NCBI GenBank assembly: GCA_963843845.1
Contig: CAWJMB010000002.1
Coordinates: forward strand, 1,024,001 to 1,088,000
DNA length: 64,000 nucleotides
Reading direction: 5' to 3'
Source of the DNA: an uncultured Gemmatimonadaceae bacterium
Lineage (GTDB): Bacteria; Gemmatimonadota; Gemmatimonadetes; Gemmatimonadales; Gemmatimonadaceae
The notes beneath the pieces are model-generated. The model was not told where the DNA came from. It did not search any database and saw only the letters and a program-made list of their open reading frames with translations. Shown one piece after another: positions 10,094-20,507 of this stretch (positions within the stretch are counted from its first letter, which is position 1; the number at the start of each line of letters is the position of its first letter). Made by a program: the position numbers and the translations under genes.

Positions 10094-10390
10094 ATGTCCA
10101 CCACCCGCTCGCCGCGCGTCGGCACGACCTGGACGTTCCTCACGAACCACGCGCACGTGCTGCTCTGTCTCGCGCGCGATCCCGAGATGCGGCTGCGCGA
10201 CGTCGCCGACGCTGTCGGCATCACCGAGCGCGCGGTGCAGCAGATCGTCGCCGATCTCGAGGCCGCGGGTGTGCTGGAACGGGAGCGGCACGGGCGCCGG
10301 AATCGGTACACCCTCCACGCCGACACTCCGCTCCGGCATTCGCTCGAAGCGCACCGCTCGGTCGGCGATCTCCTGGCCCTCGTGCCATAG
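10094..10390 (+). CDS. Small winged-HTH transcriptional regulator (ArsR/MarR-like)
   Basis: [14 protein letters not shown]...[23 protein letters not shown]...GRRNRY. Confidence 0.9.
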   Translation: MSTTRSPRVGTTWTFLTNHAHVLLCLARDPEMRLRDVADAVGITERAVQQIVADLEAAGVLERERHGRRNRYTLHADTPLRHSLEAHRSVGDLLALVP

Positions 10391-10501
10391 GCCGCCCAGC
10401 GGACGGAGCGCCGGCCGCGTATTGACGCCACGACGCGCGTCGCAAGAGTTCTGGCCCAGCTGGCGAACGTCTCACTCGGGAACGCCGACGTACCGACTTC
10501 C

Positions 10502-11773
10502 ATGACTACGACCCTCATCCGCTCCCGTCTGACCGCGGCCGCGCTCGCGACCGTGTGCGTCGCCGCGCCGCTCGCCGCGCCGTTCGCCGCGCCGCTGTCC
10601 GCGCAACCGGCCTCCCCGGCGTCCGACTCGACCGACGCGACGATCCGCGGGCTCGTCGCCCGGCTCGACCTCGACCGCTACAAGGCGACGATCAAGGGGC
10701 TGACGCAGTTCGGCGATCGGCGGCAGGGCACCGATCGCAACCGCGCCGCCGTCGACTGGATCGAGGCGCAGCTCAAGAGCTACGGCTGCACGCCGACGGC
10801 GCGCATCACGTACGACTACACGCCGCCCGCGCCCGCGCCGCGCCCCGCCGCCGCTGCGGGGGCGACCGCCGCGCCGCGTCCGCCGGCCAACCGCGACGCG
10901 GCGCCAGGGGGGCGGCCGGCTGCGCGGGAACCGTGCACGCACCGGCGTGAACACCGACTCGCTGCGCCAGCCCGACGCCGCGCTTCGCGCGCTGAACAGC
11001 CAGCCGACGACGCCGGGCGCAGCGACAGGAGGTCTACTGCACGAAGGTCGGCACGACGCACCCCGACGAGATGTACATCGTCGGCGGCCACATGGACGGC
11101 CACGGCTGGGGCGAGGCGGCGAACGACGACGGCTCGGGAACGGCGATCGTGATGGAGCTGGCGCGCATCTTCAGCAGCCCCGACGTGAAGACCGACCGCT
11201 CGATCCGCTTCGTGCTCTGGAACAACGAGGAGACGGGGCTCAACGGCGCGCGCGCCTACGTCGAGCAGCGGCAGGCGCTGCAAGGGCAAGGAGGAGCCGG
11301 CAGGCTCGGGGCAGTATCCGGAGCCCAAGTGGCTCGGCATGATCCAGCACGACATGATGATGTTCGACCACGGCATGCCGCGCGCCGACGGCACGATGAG
11401 TCCCGAAGCAGCGCCCCGAAGCCGACGTGAACATCGAGTTCCAGATCGAACTCGAAGATGGCGCTCGGCTCGCAGGCGCTCGCCTGGGCGCTCCACGCGG
11501 CGAACGAGAAGTACGCGACCGACTACCCGGCGGCGGTCGGTCCGCACATGACGAACACCGACTCGGGGCCGTTCCAGGACATCATCCCGTCGATCAGCCT
11601 GCGCGAGAACGAGCGCGGCTCGCAGATCGGCAGCCGGCTGGGATCCGCACTGGCACCAGCCGACCGACGTGTTCTCGACCTTCAGCGACAAGGACTTCCG
11701 GCTCGGCCTGAACGCGGCGCAGACGACGCTGGGCGGGCTCGCGACGCTGACCGGGGCGAAGGTCGTACGGTAG
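10502..11773 (+). CDS. M28 family peptidase, secreted (multiple frameshifts)
   Basis: Signal peptide; GGHMDG, ANDDGSG, NNEETGLNGA, IQHDMMMFDHG, NTDSGPF and HWHQPTD in successive frames. Confidence 0.85.
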
Positions 11774-11780
11774 GCGCGCG

Positions 11781-12614
11781 TCAGGCGCCGCCGGCCGATG
11801 CGGCGCCGCGCGCCAGTACGTCCGCCGGCGTGAGCCCGCGCGCACGCAGCTCGCGAATCGACAGCGCGTCGTGCCGCTTCGCGAGCCGCCGTCCCGCCGC
11901 GTCGCGGACGAGGGGCAGGTGACACCAGGCGGGCGGCGCGGCGCCTAACGCGTCGTAGAGCAGGAGCTGACGCGCGGTCGACTTCAGCAGGTCCTCGCCG
12001 CGCACGACCTCGGTGACATGCATCGCGATGTCGTCCGCGACGACCGCGAGCTCGTAGGCCGGCACGTCGTCCTTGCGCCACACGACGAAGTCGCCGAAGT
12101 CGACGCCCGCCGTGAACGCCTGCGGGCCGCGCGTCGCGTCGTCGAAGCGGACGACCTGGCCGTCCGGCACGCGAAAGCGCCACACGCTCCCAGCCGGCGA
12201 GTCGGCGTCGTTGCCCGTGCCCCACGGCGTGCGCAGCGCGGGCGGGAAGATCGGCTCCGCATCCTCGTCGTCGTCGTGCGGCGCGTGGGCAGCGTCGCGC
12301 ACGTCGCGCCGCGACACCGCGCTCGGGTAGACGAGGCCGGCGTCGCGCAGCCGGCGCCAGACGTGCTCGAACACCGTGCGCCGCTGCGACTGGTAGATCG
12401 GTCCCTCGGTCCATCGCACGCCGAGCCAGCGCAGGTCCTCGATCACGCGCCCGGTCCACTCGGCGCGGCACCGCAGTGGGTCGAGGTCCTCGATCCGCAA
12501 CACGAGCTCCCCGGCCGCGTCGACGGCGCGCTGGTACGCGGCGACGAACGTTCTCGCGTGACCGGCGTGCAGATCGCCGGTCGGCGTCGGGGCGATGCGC
12601 CCGCGGTACGTCAC
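11781..12614 (-). CDS. gluQ: tRNA glutamyl-Q(34) synthetase
   Basis: GRIAPTPTGDLHAGH, LRIEDLD, GDFVVWRKD, AYELAVVADD, VVRGEDL, RLAKR; 277 aa with no anticodon-binding domain. Confidence 0.9.
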   Translation of the reverse strand: MTYRGRIAPTPTGDLHAGHARTFVAAYQRAVDAAGELVLRIEDLDPLRCRAEWTGRVIEDLRWLGVRWTEGPIYQSQRRTVFEHVWRRLRDAGLVYPSAVSRRDVRDAAHAPHDDDEDAEPIFPPALRTPWGTGNDADSPAGSVWRFRVPDGQVVRFDDATRGPQAFTAGVDFGDFVVWRKDDVPAYELAVVADDIAMHVTEVVRGEDLLKSTARQLLLYDALGAAPPAWCHLPLVRDAAGRRLAKRHDALSIRELRARGLTPADVLARGAASAGGA

Positions 12615-12649
12615 GGCACGCGCGGCTGCCTGACGGCGGCGCGCGACGC

Positions 12650-14262
12650 TCAGGCGCGCGGCGGCGCGACGAACCGCCGCGACTGCCGCTCGTAGCCGTG
12701 CGCGAGCGCCAGCACCGTCGCGTCGTCTCCCGGCAACCCGACGATCGAGAGATTGAGCGCCGGCATCCCGTCCGCCCCGAGCCCCGCGGGCACCGAGACT
12801 TCCGGCAGCCCGAGCCAGTTGCCGTAGCCGAGCGGTGTGCGCACGTCCGGCCACGGATCGGTGGCGCGCGGCGCGTCGAACGGCATCGTCGGGTAGACCA
12901 TGGCGGTCACGCCGGCGGCGCGCATCGACGCCGCGAGCGCCGCGACGGCGTCGGCGCGCGAGCGGGCGAACGAGCGGCCCGCGGGGTCGTCCGCCATCGG
13001 TCGCTCGAGCAGCGGCGCGCACGCCTCGTACGTCTCGGGGAGCACGCTGTAGAAGGCGCGGTAGGCGGCGTAGCCGCGGCGGATCGCGTCGCGCGCCGCG
13101 GTCGCGTCGCCCGTGCGGCGCGCGAAGTAGTGCAGCAGCGCGTTCGCCGTCGGCGCCGGCGAGTTCGCGTTCAGCGCCGCCCCCCCGAGCCGGTCGAGGG
13201 CTCGCCGCGCGCACGCGCCGATTCGGCGAACCGGTCGCGGTAGTTCACGCGCGTGACCGCCGGGTCGAACGTGTCGACGGTCGCGCCGGCCGCACGCAGG
13301 TCGCCGAGCGCGCGGTCCCAGACGCTCAGCGCCTCCGGCGTCATCTGCGCGCGCGGCGCGTGACTCTCGACGACGCCCAGCCGCGCGCCGGCGAGCGCGT
13401 CGTCGCGACGCGCCGTGAGCGGACCGCCGCGCCGCGCTCCGGTCAGCGCCAGCGGGTCGCTCGCATCTGGCCCGGCGATCGCGGCGAGCAGCAGCGCCGC
13501 GTCGGCGACCGTGCGGGCGAGCGGTCCGTGCGTGTCGAGGTACGGCCACGTCGGGATCACGCCGGTGCGCGGCACGAGCCCGAACGTCGGCTTCATGCCG
13601 ACGACGCCGGTGAACTGCGCGGGGATGCGGTTGGAGCCGCCGTCATCGGTGCCTAACGCCGCGAACGCCAGGCCGCCGGCCACGGCGACGGCGGAGCCGG
13701 CGCTCGAACCGCCTGGCGTGCGCACGCCGCTCCGGTCGTACGGGTTCAGCACCTGGCCGGTGTGGCTGCTCGTGCCGTTGCCGCGGTACGCGAAGTCGTC
13801 GGCGGCGGTCTTCCCCAGTACGACCGCGCCGGCGGCGCGCAGCCGCACGATCTCGAGCGCGTCCTGCCGAACGGGCTCCGGGAAGAGCCGCGCCCACTCC
13901 GCGCTCGATCCGGTGGTCGGCAGTCCGGCCATGTCGTAGATCGACTTCGCGAACACCGGCACGCCGTCGAGCGGGCCGCGCACACGGCCAGCCGTCAGTC
14001 GCGCGTCGGCCGCGCGCGCGTCGGCGATCGCCGACTCCGACAGCGCGTCGATCGCGCGCCACCGCATCCCCTCGGCGCGGCAGCGCGCGAGCGCACGCTC
14101 CGTGACCTCGACCGCGGTCCACGCGCGACGACGGCGCCCAGCCTGGTACTCGGCGATCGTGCCGTCGAGCGGGTCGTCGACGGCGCCCGGCAGCAGACCG
14201 TCGAGCGGCAGCGCGGCGAGCGCGGCGAGCTGCGCGATCGCTTCGCGACGAGTCGGTGACAT
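12650..14262 (-). CDS. Amidase signature family protein with Tat-like signal (frameshift near 13200)
   Basis: MSPTRRE..., GPLDGVPVFAK, GGSSAGSA, GTDDGGSNRIPA, C-terminal GLPEVSVPAG. Confidence 0.88.
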
Positions 14263-14297
14263 CGGTCGGAGTGTGGGAGAATCGGGCCCCTCTTTTT

Positions 14298-14379
14298 TGA
14301 CAGGAGGAACAGAAGGGCGGCAGGAACGGGAAGGCCTGCCGGAGTGCTCGTTCTGCTGTCCCTTCTGTTCCTTCTGTCA
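14298..14379 (+). repeat. Long imperfect palindrome built from ~9-nt repeats
   Basis: tgacaggaggaacagaagggcggcaggaacggg ... ctcgttctgctgtcccttctgttccttctgtca, about 32-bp stem. Confidence 0.8.
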
Positions 14380-14381
14380 GA

Positions 14382-17300
14382 TCAATCAGGCACGATCGAC
14401 ACGGCCTGCACGCGCTTCAGCAGTTCGGCGATCGCCGCCTCGAGCTGCTGGTCGCGCCCGGCCGCGACGGTGCCGTAGTCGTTGCGCACGAGCACGTCGG
14501 GCTCCGTCTGCAGGTTCTCGAGATACCGTCCCGTGGTCGCGTCCTTCACGCCGACGGCCGGCACGCCCCAGCGCACGCCGTCGTTCAGCGACTCCCATCC
14601 GGCGAACGTGCACGTTCCGGGGGTCGGCATGCCGATCAGCGTGCCCAACTTCTGCTGCTTGTAGGCGTACGCGAAGCAGTGCCCGTCGCTGTAGTTCGCC
14701 TCGTTCGCGAGCGCGACCGTCGGGCGCGTCCAGCGGAAGTTCGGCTCGTAGCCCGTGCTGCGCGTGTCGGTCGTGTAATCGAAGAACTTCGAGCCGCTCA
14801 GGAACATCGCGAGGTCGGCGACGAGATCGCCGCCGCCGTTGAAGCGCGTGTCGATCACGACGCCTTTGCGCGTCGCGTACTTGCCCATGACTTCCTCGAA
14901 CGTCGTGCGGTACGCGCCGTCGTTCATGCCCGGGATGTGCACGTAGCCGAGCGCGCCGCCGCTCGCCCTGTCGACCTCGTCGGCGTTGCGGCGCACCCAG
15001 CGCGCGTAGAGCAGGCGGCCTTCCTCGGCGGGCGAGATCGGCTTCACGACGATCTCGGTCGTCGCGGCGCGGCTCTGCCCCGCGCCTCCCGACGGGTCCG
15101 AGACGGTGAGCAGCACGCGCTTGCTCGCCTTCCGGTTCAGCAGCTCCGCCACGTCGCGCGTCGGCGCGATGACGTCGCCGTCGATCGCGGTGATGATCGC
15201 GCCCGGCCGGAGCGTCACGTCGCTGCGATCGAGCGGACCGCCCTTCACCACCTCGGCGACCTTCGCGCCCGCGCCGGTCCACGCGGGGTCGAACAGGAGG
15301 CCCAACGACGCCGTCGCGTCGTCGGTCGGCGACGACGCGTTGAACGTCGCGCCGCTGTGGCTGATGTTCAACTCGCCCAACATCTCGGCGAGCAGCTCGG
15401 CCATCTCGAAGTTGTTGCCGACGTGCGGCAGGTACTTCGCGTACACGGGGCGCAGCGCGATCCAGTCGACGCCGTGGTACCCCTTCGAGTAGAACGTGTC
15501 GCGCGTGCGGCGCCAGACGTGGTCGAACATCGCCGCGCGCTCGGCATCCGCATCGGTCGACGCCTCGCCACTGATGCGCACGACCTCGCGCTTCGGCGTC
15601 CCCTGCGACGGGTCGAGGCGCGACACGGTGCTGTCGGCGAGGAGGTAGAGGAACTTCTGCTCCCGGTCCCACGCGAGCCCGCCCCCGTTCGCGTCGAGCG
15701 GCAGCAGCATCTTCGTCTCGCGCGTGCGCAGGTTCGTCGACCAGAGGTTGAGCCCCTTCTCGAAGCGCGCGAGGTAGTAGAGCGACTCGCCGTCCTTGCT
15801 CAGCAGCGCGTCGCTCATCGACGCCGAGGCGACCGTGAGCCGCGCCTTCCGCATGTCGATGTTCTCGAGATCGAGCGCGATCGGGCGACGCGTCGCCGCC
15901 GGCGGCGCGCTGTCGACCGGTGCCGTCGAGTCGCGCGACGACTTCCTCGCCTGCTCCTCGGCCTCCTTCACGAGCGCGAACTCGTCTTTCGTCAGACGGA
16001 AGCGCTCCCACGCCTCGCGGTCGAAGAACATCGCGTACGCGTCCTGCTGCGCGCCGCCGCCCTGGGCGACCGCCTTGAGCCCGTCGCGGTTGCTGAACCA
16101 CATCATCGCCTTGCCGCCGAGGATCCAGCGGCCGCGCGCGTCGTTGAAGCCGCTCTGCGTGAGGTTCACGACCTGCCCGCTGCCGTCGGCGCGCACGAGA
16201 CCGACTTCTCCCGGCGCGATGCCCGGGACGTCGAAGTCGAACAGGATCCACTTCCCGTCCGGGCTCCACTGAAAGAAGTGATCGTTCCCGAACAGCTCCT
16301 TCTCGGTGAGGAGCACCCTGGACTGCCGCGTCGCGAGGTCGAGGACGCGCAGCGTGTTGCGGTCTTCGAGGTAGGCGAGCGACTTCCCGTCGGGGGAGAA
16401 GCTCGGGTGCGTGTTCTGCCGCGCGTTCGACACGAGAGGCGCCTCGCGCACGACGGTCGACGCGAAGAAGTACGGCTCCGCGTCGCGCGTGCGCCGCGCT
16501 TCGTAGATCGCCCACGTCCCGCCGCGCTCCGACGCGTAGACGATCGACTTGCCGTCCGGTGCGAACTCGACGCCCGTCTCCGCTTCCGGCGTCGTCGTCA
16601 GGCGCTTCGTGCCCGCGCCGTCGGTCGAGTTCACGTACACGTCGCCGCGATACACGAACGCGATCTCCTTGCCGCTCGGCGACACGGAGAGTCCCTGCGC
16701 GCCGCCCGTGACGGCGAGCACGCGGTCGCGATTCCCCTTGTCGTCGGCTGCGACGACGACGCGGACACGCGACGGCGTTCCGTTCGGCGCCATCGTGTAG
16801 ATCCCGCCGTCCCACCCGAACGCCAGCGTGCCGTCGTTCGCGATGCTGAGGAAGCGAACGGGAACGCCGGTGAACGACGTGAGCTGCCGCGTCGCGCCGC
16901 CGTCGCCACCCTGCCCTGCGCCGGCCGACGGCATCAGGCGATGCACGTTGAACGTGCCGCTCGCCTCGCTCAGGTAGTAGAGCGCCCCGTTCGCGCCGAG
17001 CACCGGGTTGCGATCCTCGCCGGCGAACGACGTCAGCTTGCGGTGGTTCCCGGTCCGCGTGTCGTAGCTCCAGATGTCGCGGGCGATCGCCGACGTGTGA
17101 TGCTTGCGCCACTGGTTCTCGCCCCCTTTCCGGTCCTCGTACACGAGCGTGCGTCCGTCGGCGCTCGTGCGCACGTTCTCGGCGGGGGTCGTGAGCAGTT
17201 GGATCGGGCGGCCGCCGGTCGACGACACGGCGTACAGCTCGGGCTGCGCCGCCGTCGGATACTGCCGGTTGCTCGCCGCGTCCTGCCGTGCCGCGCCGAA

Positions 17301-17684
17301 GAGCAGCTGCCGGTCGTCGGCCGAGAACGTGTACGGGTACTCGGGGGCGGAATGGAACGTGAGCCGCGTCGGCGTGCCGCCGGTGGCGGCGACCACGTAC
17401 ACGTCGAAGTTGCCGTGCCGGTCGGACGCGAACGCGAGGCGTGAGCCGTCGCGGCTCCACACCGGCATGACGTCGTTCGCTGCGTGCGACGTGAGCGGGA
17501 CGGCCGTGCCGCCGCTCGCCGGGACGGTGTAGACGTCGCCCTTGTACGTGAACGCGATCGTCCGGCCGTCGGGAGAGATCGCGGGGTAGCGCATCCAGCT
17601 CGCGCCGTCGGCGGACGTGGAGGGGCGCTGGGCGAACGGCGTGGCCGGCGCGAGCAGCGCGGCGACGAGAGCGAGGCGCTTCAT
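14382..17684 (-). CDS. Tricorn-like S41 peptidase (PD40 propellers, PDZ, S41)
   Basis: Start MKRLALVAALL; WMRYPAISPDG, PD40 repeats, MLGELNISH, IDTRFNGGG, YSDGH. Confidence 0.93.
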   Translation of the reverse strand: MKRLALVAALLAPATPFAQRPSTSADGASWMRYPAISPDGRTIAFTYKGDVYTVPASGGTAVPLTSHAANDVMPVWSRDGSRLAFASDRHGNFDVYVVAATGGTPTRLTFHSAPEYPYTFSADDRQLLFGAARQDAASNRQYPTAAQPELYAVSSTGGRPIQLLTTPAENVRTSADGRTLVYEDRKGGENQWRKHHTSAIARDIWSYDTRTGNHRKLTSFAGEDRNPVLGANGALYYLSEASGTFNVHRLMPSAGAGQGGDGGATRQLTSFTGVPVRFLSIANDGTLAFGWDGGIYTMAPNGTPSRVRVVVAADDKGNRDRVLAVTGGAQGLSVSPSGKEIAFVYRGDVYVNSTDGAGTKRLTTTPEAETGVEFAPDGKSIVYASERGGTWAIYEARRTRDAEPYFFASTVVREAPLVSNARQNTHPSFSPDGKSLAYLEDRNTLRVLDLATRQSRVLLTEKELFGNDHFFQWSPDGKWILFDFDVPGIAPGEVGLVRADGSGQVVNLTQSGFNDARGRWILGGKAMMWFSNRDGLKAVAQGGGAQQDAYAMFFDREAWERFRLTKDEFALVKEAEEQARKSSRDSTAPVDSAPPAATRRPIALDLENIDMRKARLTVASASMSDALLSKDGESLYYLARFEKGLNLWSTNLRTRETKMLLPLDANGGGLAWDREQKFLYLLADSTVSRLDPSQGTPKREVVRISGEASTDADAERAAMFDHVWRRTRDTFYSKGYHGVDWIALRPVYAKYLPHVGNNFEMAELLAEMLGELNISHSGATFNASSPTDDATASLGLLFDPAWTGAGAKVAEVVKGGPLDRSDVTLRPGAIITAIDGDVIAPTRDVAELLNRKASKRVLLTVSDPSGGAGQSRAATTEIVVKPISPAEEGRLLYARWVRRNADEVDRASGGALGYVHIPGMNDGAYRTTFEEVMGKYATRKGVVIDTRFNGGGDLVADLAMFLSGSKFFDYTTDTRSTGYEPNFRWTRPTVALANEANYSDGHCFAYAYKQQKLGTLIGMPTPGTCTFAGWESLNDGVRWGVPAVGVKDATTGRYLENLQTEPDVLVRNDYGTVAAGRDQQLEAAIAELLKRVQAVSIVPD

Positions 17685-17776
17685 GGGGCGGGGAGCTGGC
17701 GAGTCGGGCGGGGTACGCACACGATAACGCCGCTCGTCGAGCGCCGCTTCTCGCCGACCGCTCACGCAGCCGATCG

Positions 17777-18703
17777 CTAGCGCAGCCGCTCGCTCACCAT
17801 GCGCCGGAACGTGCCGTCCTCGAGGTACCGCTTGAGGTACCGCCCCGGGCACCCCGTGTCCGCATACTCGTAGTGACCGCCGATCCGGTCCGGCGGCAGG
17901 TCGAACTCGGTCAGCGCCCACGCCATCAGATCGGCGATCGCGTTCAGCTGCGCCGGCGTCGGCTCCTGCCGGTCGTAGTTCCCGAGCACGCTGATGAGGA
18001 AGTGTCCGCTCGGGTCGTAGCTCGTGTTCGTCTCGCCGATGTAGCGCCAGTCGCGCCCCTCGAACACGCGGCCGTCGAGGTCGAGCAGGTAGTGGTACGG
18101 CACGTCCCACCAGTTGCGGTCCCGCGCGCCCCACGCTTGCAAGGCGCGCAGCTTCGCCGCCGGGTCGTCGGCGGGCCGGAGCGGCTGGGCGCTGCCTTCG
18201 TGGTGCAGGGTGACGTGCGTGATGCGGTGCGGGATGCGGAGCCGCATCGCCGCCCCGCCCGCGCTGTCCGACTCCGCGATCGCGCGCGGCAGCGACGCGA
18301 CCGTCGCCACCTCGAGCGCGACGAGCCCCGCGCCGAGCTCGCCCGGCCCGTAGACGGCGACGACCGCGACGTGGACGCCGTGCCACGTGAACGCCGAGCC
18401 TTCTCGCGCGTCGCGCTCGTCGCGGGCGCCGCCGACCGCGAGCCGCAGCCGCGCCACGTCCACCGGCCGGGTGCCGACCGTGTCGACGCGCGTGCCGAGC
18501 ACCGTGACGGTGAGATCGTGAAAGGCGAGCGAGTCGCCGGCCGCGCGGTTGCGCCGCGTCGCGTCGGCCGCGTAGCCGAGCGGAGGCTGCGACTCCCACG
18601 CGGCGTGTGGGACGACGCGCGGCGGTGCGTCGGACGCGCGCGGGCGTCCGGCGCAGCCGGACAGTGTGGCGAGGAGCACGACGGAGGACAGGACGCGACG
18701 CAT
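17777..18703 (-). CDS. N-acetylmuramoyl-L-alanine amidase (Amidase_2/PGRP-like) lipoprotein
   Basis: Lipobox LSGC; VTLHH, WWDVPYHYLLDLDGRVFEGR, IGGH...TGCPG. Confidence 0.88.
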   Translation of the reverse strand: MRRVLSSVVLLATLSGCAGRPRASDAPPRVVPHAAWESQPPLGYAADATRRNRAAGDSLAFHDLTVTVLGTRVDTVGTRPVDVARLRLAVGGARDERDAREGSAFTWHGVHVAVVAVYGPGELGAGLVALEVATVASLPRAIAESDSAGGAAMRLRIPHRITHVTLHHEGSAQPLRPADDPAAKLRALQAWGARDRNWWDVPYHYLLDLDGRVFEGRDWRYIGETNTSYDPSGHFLISVLGNYDRQEPTPAQLNAIADLMAWALTEFDLPPDRIGGHYEYADTGCPGRYLKRYLEDGTFRRMVSERLR

Positions 18704-18761
18704 CACGACACGATAACGCACCGCACGTTAAGCTACGACCCGCCTCCACCGACGCCGCCAC

Positions 18762-19725
18762 ATGACGCTCACACTCACGCTGCAAGACTTCAAGGACGCC
18801 CGCGCGCGCATCGCGCCGCACATCAAGCGCACCCCGCTGCTCACGTCGCGCCAGCTCTCGGAGCACACCGGATACGACGTGCGCCTCAAGGCGGAGCTGT
18901 TCCAGCGCGTCGGGTCGTACAAGATCCGCGGGCCGCTGAACAAGCTCGCGCTCATGTCCGACGAGGACAAACGCCGCGGCGTCGTGTGCTCGTCGGCGGG
19001 GAATCACGCGCAGGGGGTCGCGCTCGCCGCGCAGATCCACGGCGTGCGGGCCGTCGTCTGCATGGCGGAGAACGCGACCCCGGCGAAGATCGCCGCGACG
19101 CGCGGGTACGGCGCCGAGGTCGTGCTGCACGGCACGATCTGGGACGAGGCGAACGAGAAGGCGAAGGAGCTCGTGCGCGACCAGGGACTCACGTACGTGC
19201 ACCCGTTCGACGACGCGCAGCTCATCGCGGGGCAGGGCACGCTGGGGCTCGAGATCGTCGCAGGACTGGCCGGAGGTCGAGGCGGTCGTCGTCCCGATCG
19301 GCGGCGGCGGGCTGATCGCCGGCGTGTCGATGGCGGTGAAGGCGTTCAATCCCGCGATCAAAGTGTTCGGGGTCGAGTCGTCGGACGGGCCGGCGATGCG
19401 GCGCAGCCTCGACGCCGGCGCGCTCCAGACGATCGAGTGCAACACGATCATCGACGGGCTGCGCGTGCGACGCGCCGGGGAACTCAATTTCTCCGTCGTG
19501 CAGCGCTTCGTCGACGACGTCGTCACGCTCCCCGACCGCGAGATCTTCGACGCGATGCTCTGGACGTGGGAGCGGTGCAAGCTCGTCGTCGAGGGCGCGG
19601 CCGCGGCGCCGGTCGCGGCGCTCATGCACGGACTCGTGCCGCTGCGCGCCGGGGCGCGCGTCGCGGCGGTGCTCTCGGGCGGCAACGTGAACCTCGACCA
19701 GCTGCGCGCGCTGCGCTGGAACTGA
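18762..19725 (+). CDS. PLP-dependent threonine/serine dehydratase, short form (frameshift near 19262)
   Basis: GSYKIRG, SAGNHAQG, HPFDD, GQGT, VPIGGGGLI, VVEGAAA, LSGGN. Confidence 0.92.
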
Positions 19726-19727
19726 GG

Positions 19728-20507
19728 ATGCCGAAACGGTGGCCCGAGCGGCTGTGGATCGTGCGGCACGGACAGAGCGCCGGCAACGTCGCCCGCGACG
19801 CCGCCGACGCGGCCGGCCTGCCAGTCATCGACATCGCCGAGCGCGACGTGGACGTGCCGCTCAGCGCGCTCGGCGAGCAGCAGGCGGCGGCGCTCGGGCG
19901 CTGGTTCGCCGCGATGCCCGTCGACCGGCGGCCGACGACGGTGCTGACGTCGCCGTACGTGCGCGCGCGCCAGACCACGGCGCACATCGCGAATGCCGAC
20001 GGACTGCACCCCGACGTCTGCACCGACGTCGACGAGCGGCTCCGCGAGAAGGAGTTCGGCATCCTCGACCGGCTCACGGCCGCCGGCATCCGCGCGCGCT
20101 TTCCCGAGCAGGCCGAGGCCCGCGCGCGGACGGGGAAGTTCTACCACCGCCCGCCGGGCGGGGAGAGCTGGTGCGACGTGATCCTGCGCCTGCGCAGCGT
20201 GCTCGACACGCTGAGCCTGCACCACTCGGAGCCGGGCTCGCGCGTGCTCGTCGTCGCGCACCAGGTGATCGTGCTCTGCCTGCGCTATCTCATCGAGACG
20301 ATGACCGAGGAGGAGATCCTCGCGATCGACCGCGCGGGCGACGTCGCGAACTGCGGCGTCACCGAGTACGCGCTCGACCCGACATCGGGGACTCCTGGCT
20401 CGACGGGCGGGAAGCTGCGGCTCGTGGCCTACAACTTCGTCGCCCCGCTCGAAGCGGCGGGCGCGCCGGTCACGGCGCGCCCCGACGTGCCCGCGGCGCC
20501 GCGATGA
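19728..20507 (+). CDS. Histidine phosphatase family protein
   Basis: IVRHGQS, SPYVRARQT, LREKEFG, PPGGES, VVAH. Confidence 0.92.
   Translation: MPKRWPERLWIVRHGQSAGNVARDAADAAGLPVIDIAERDVDVPLSALGEQQAAALGRWFAAMPVDRRPTTVLTSPYVRARQTTAHIANADGLHPDVCTDVDERLREKEFGILDRLTAAGIRARFPEQAEARARTGKFYHRPPGGESWCDVILRLRSVLDTLSLHHSEPGSRVLVVAHQVIVLCLRYLIETMTEEEILAIDRAGDVANCGVTEYALDPTSGTPGSTGGKLRLVAYNFVAPLEAAGAPVTARPDVPAAPR

Noticed and set aside
14382..20261. 1959-aa ORF as one giant protein
   Set aside because: Only 14382-17684 is S41-like; the rest is stop-free antisense or off-frame overlap of other genes.
18762..20507. Dehydratase-phosphatase fusion
   Set aside because: Artefact of the indel near 19262; the dehydratase C-terminus ends at 19725 in another frame.
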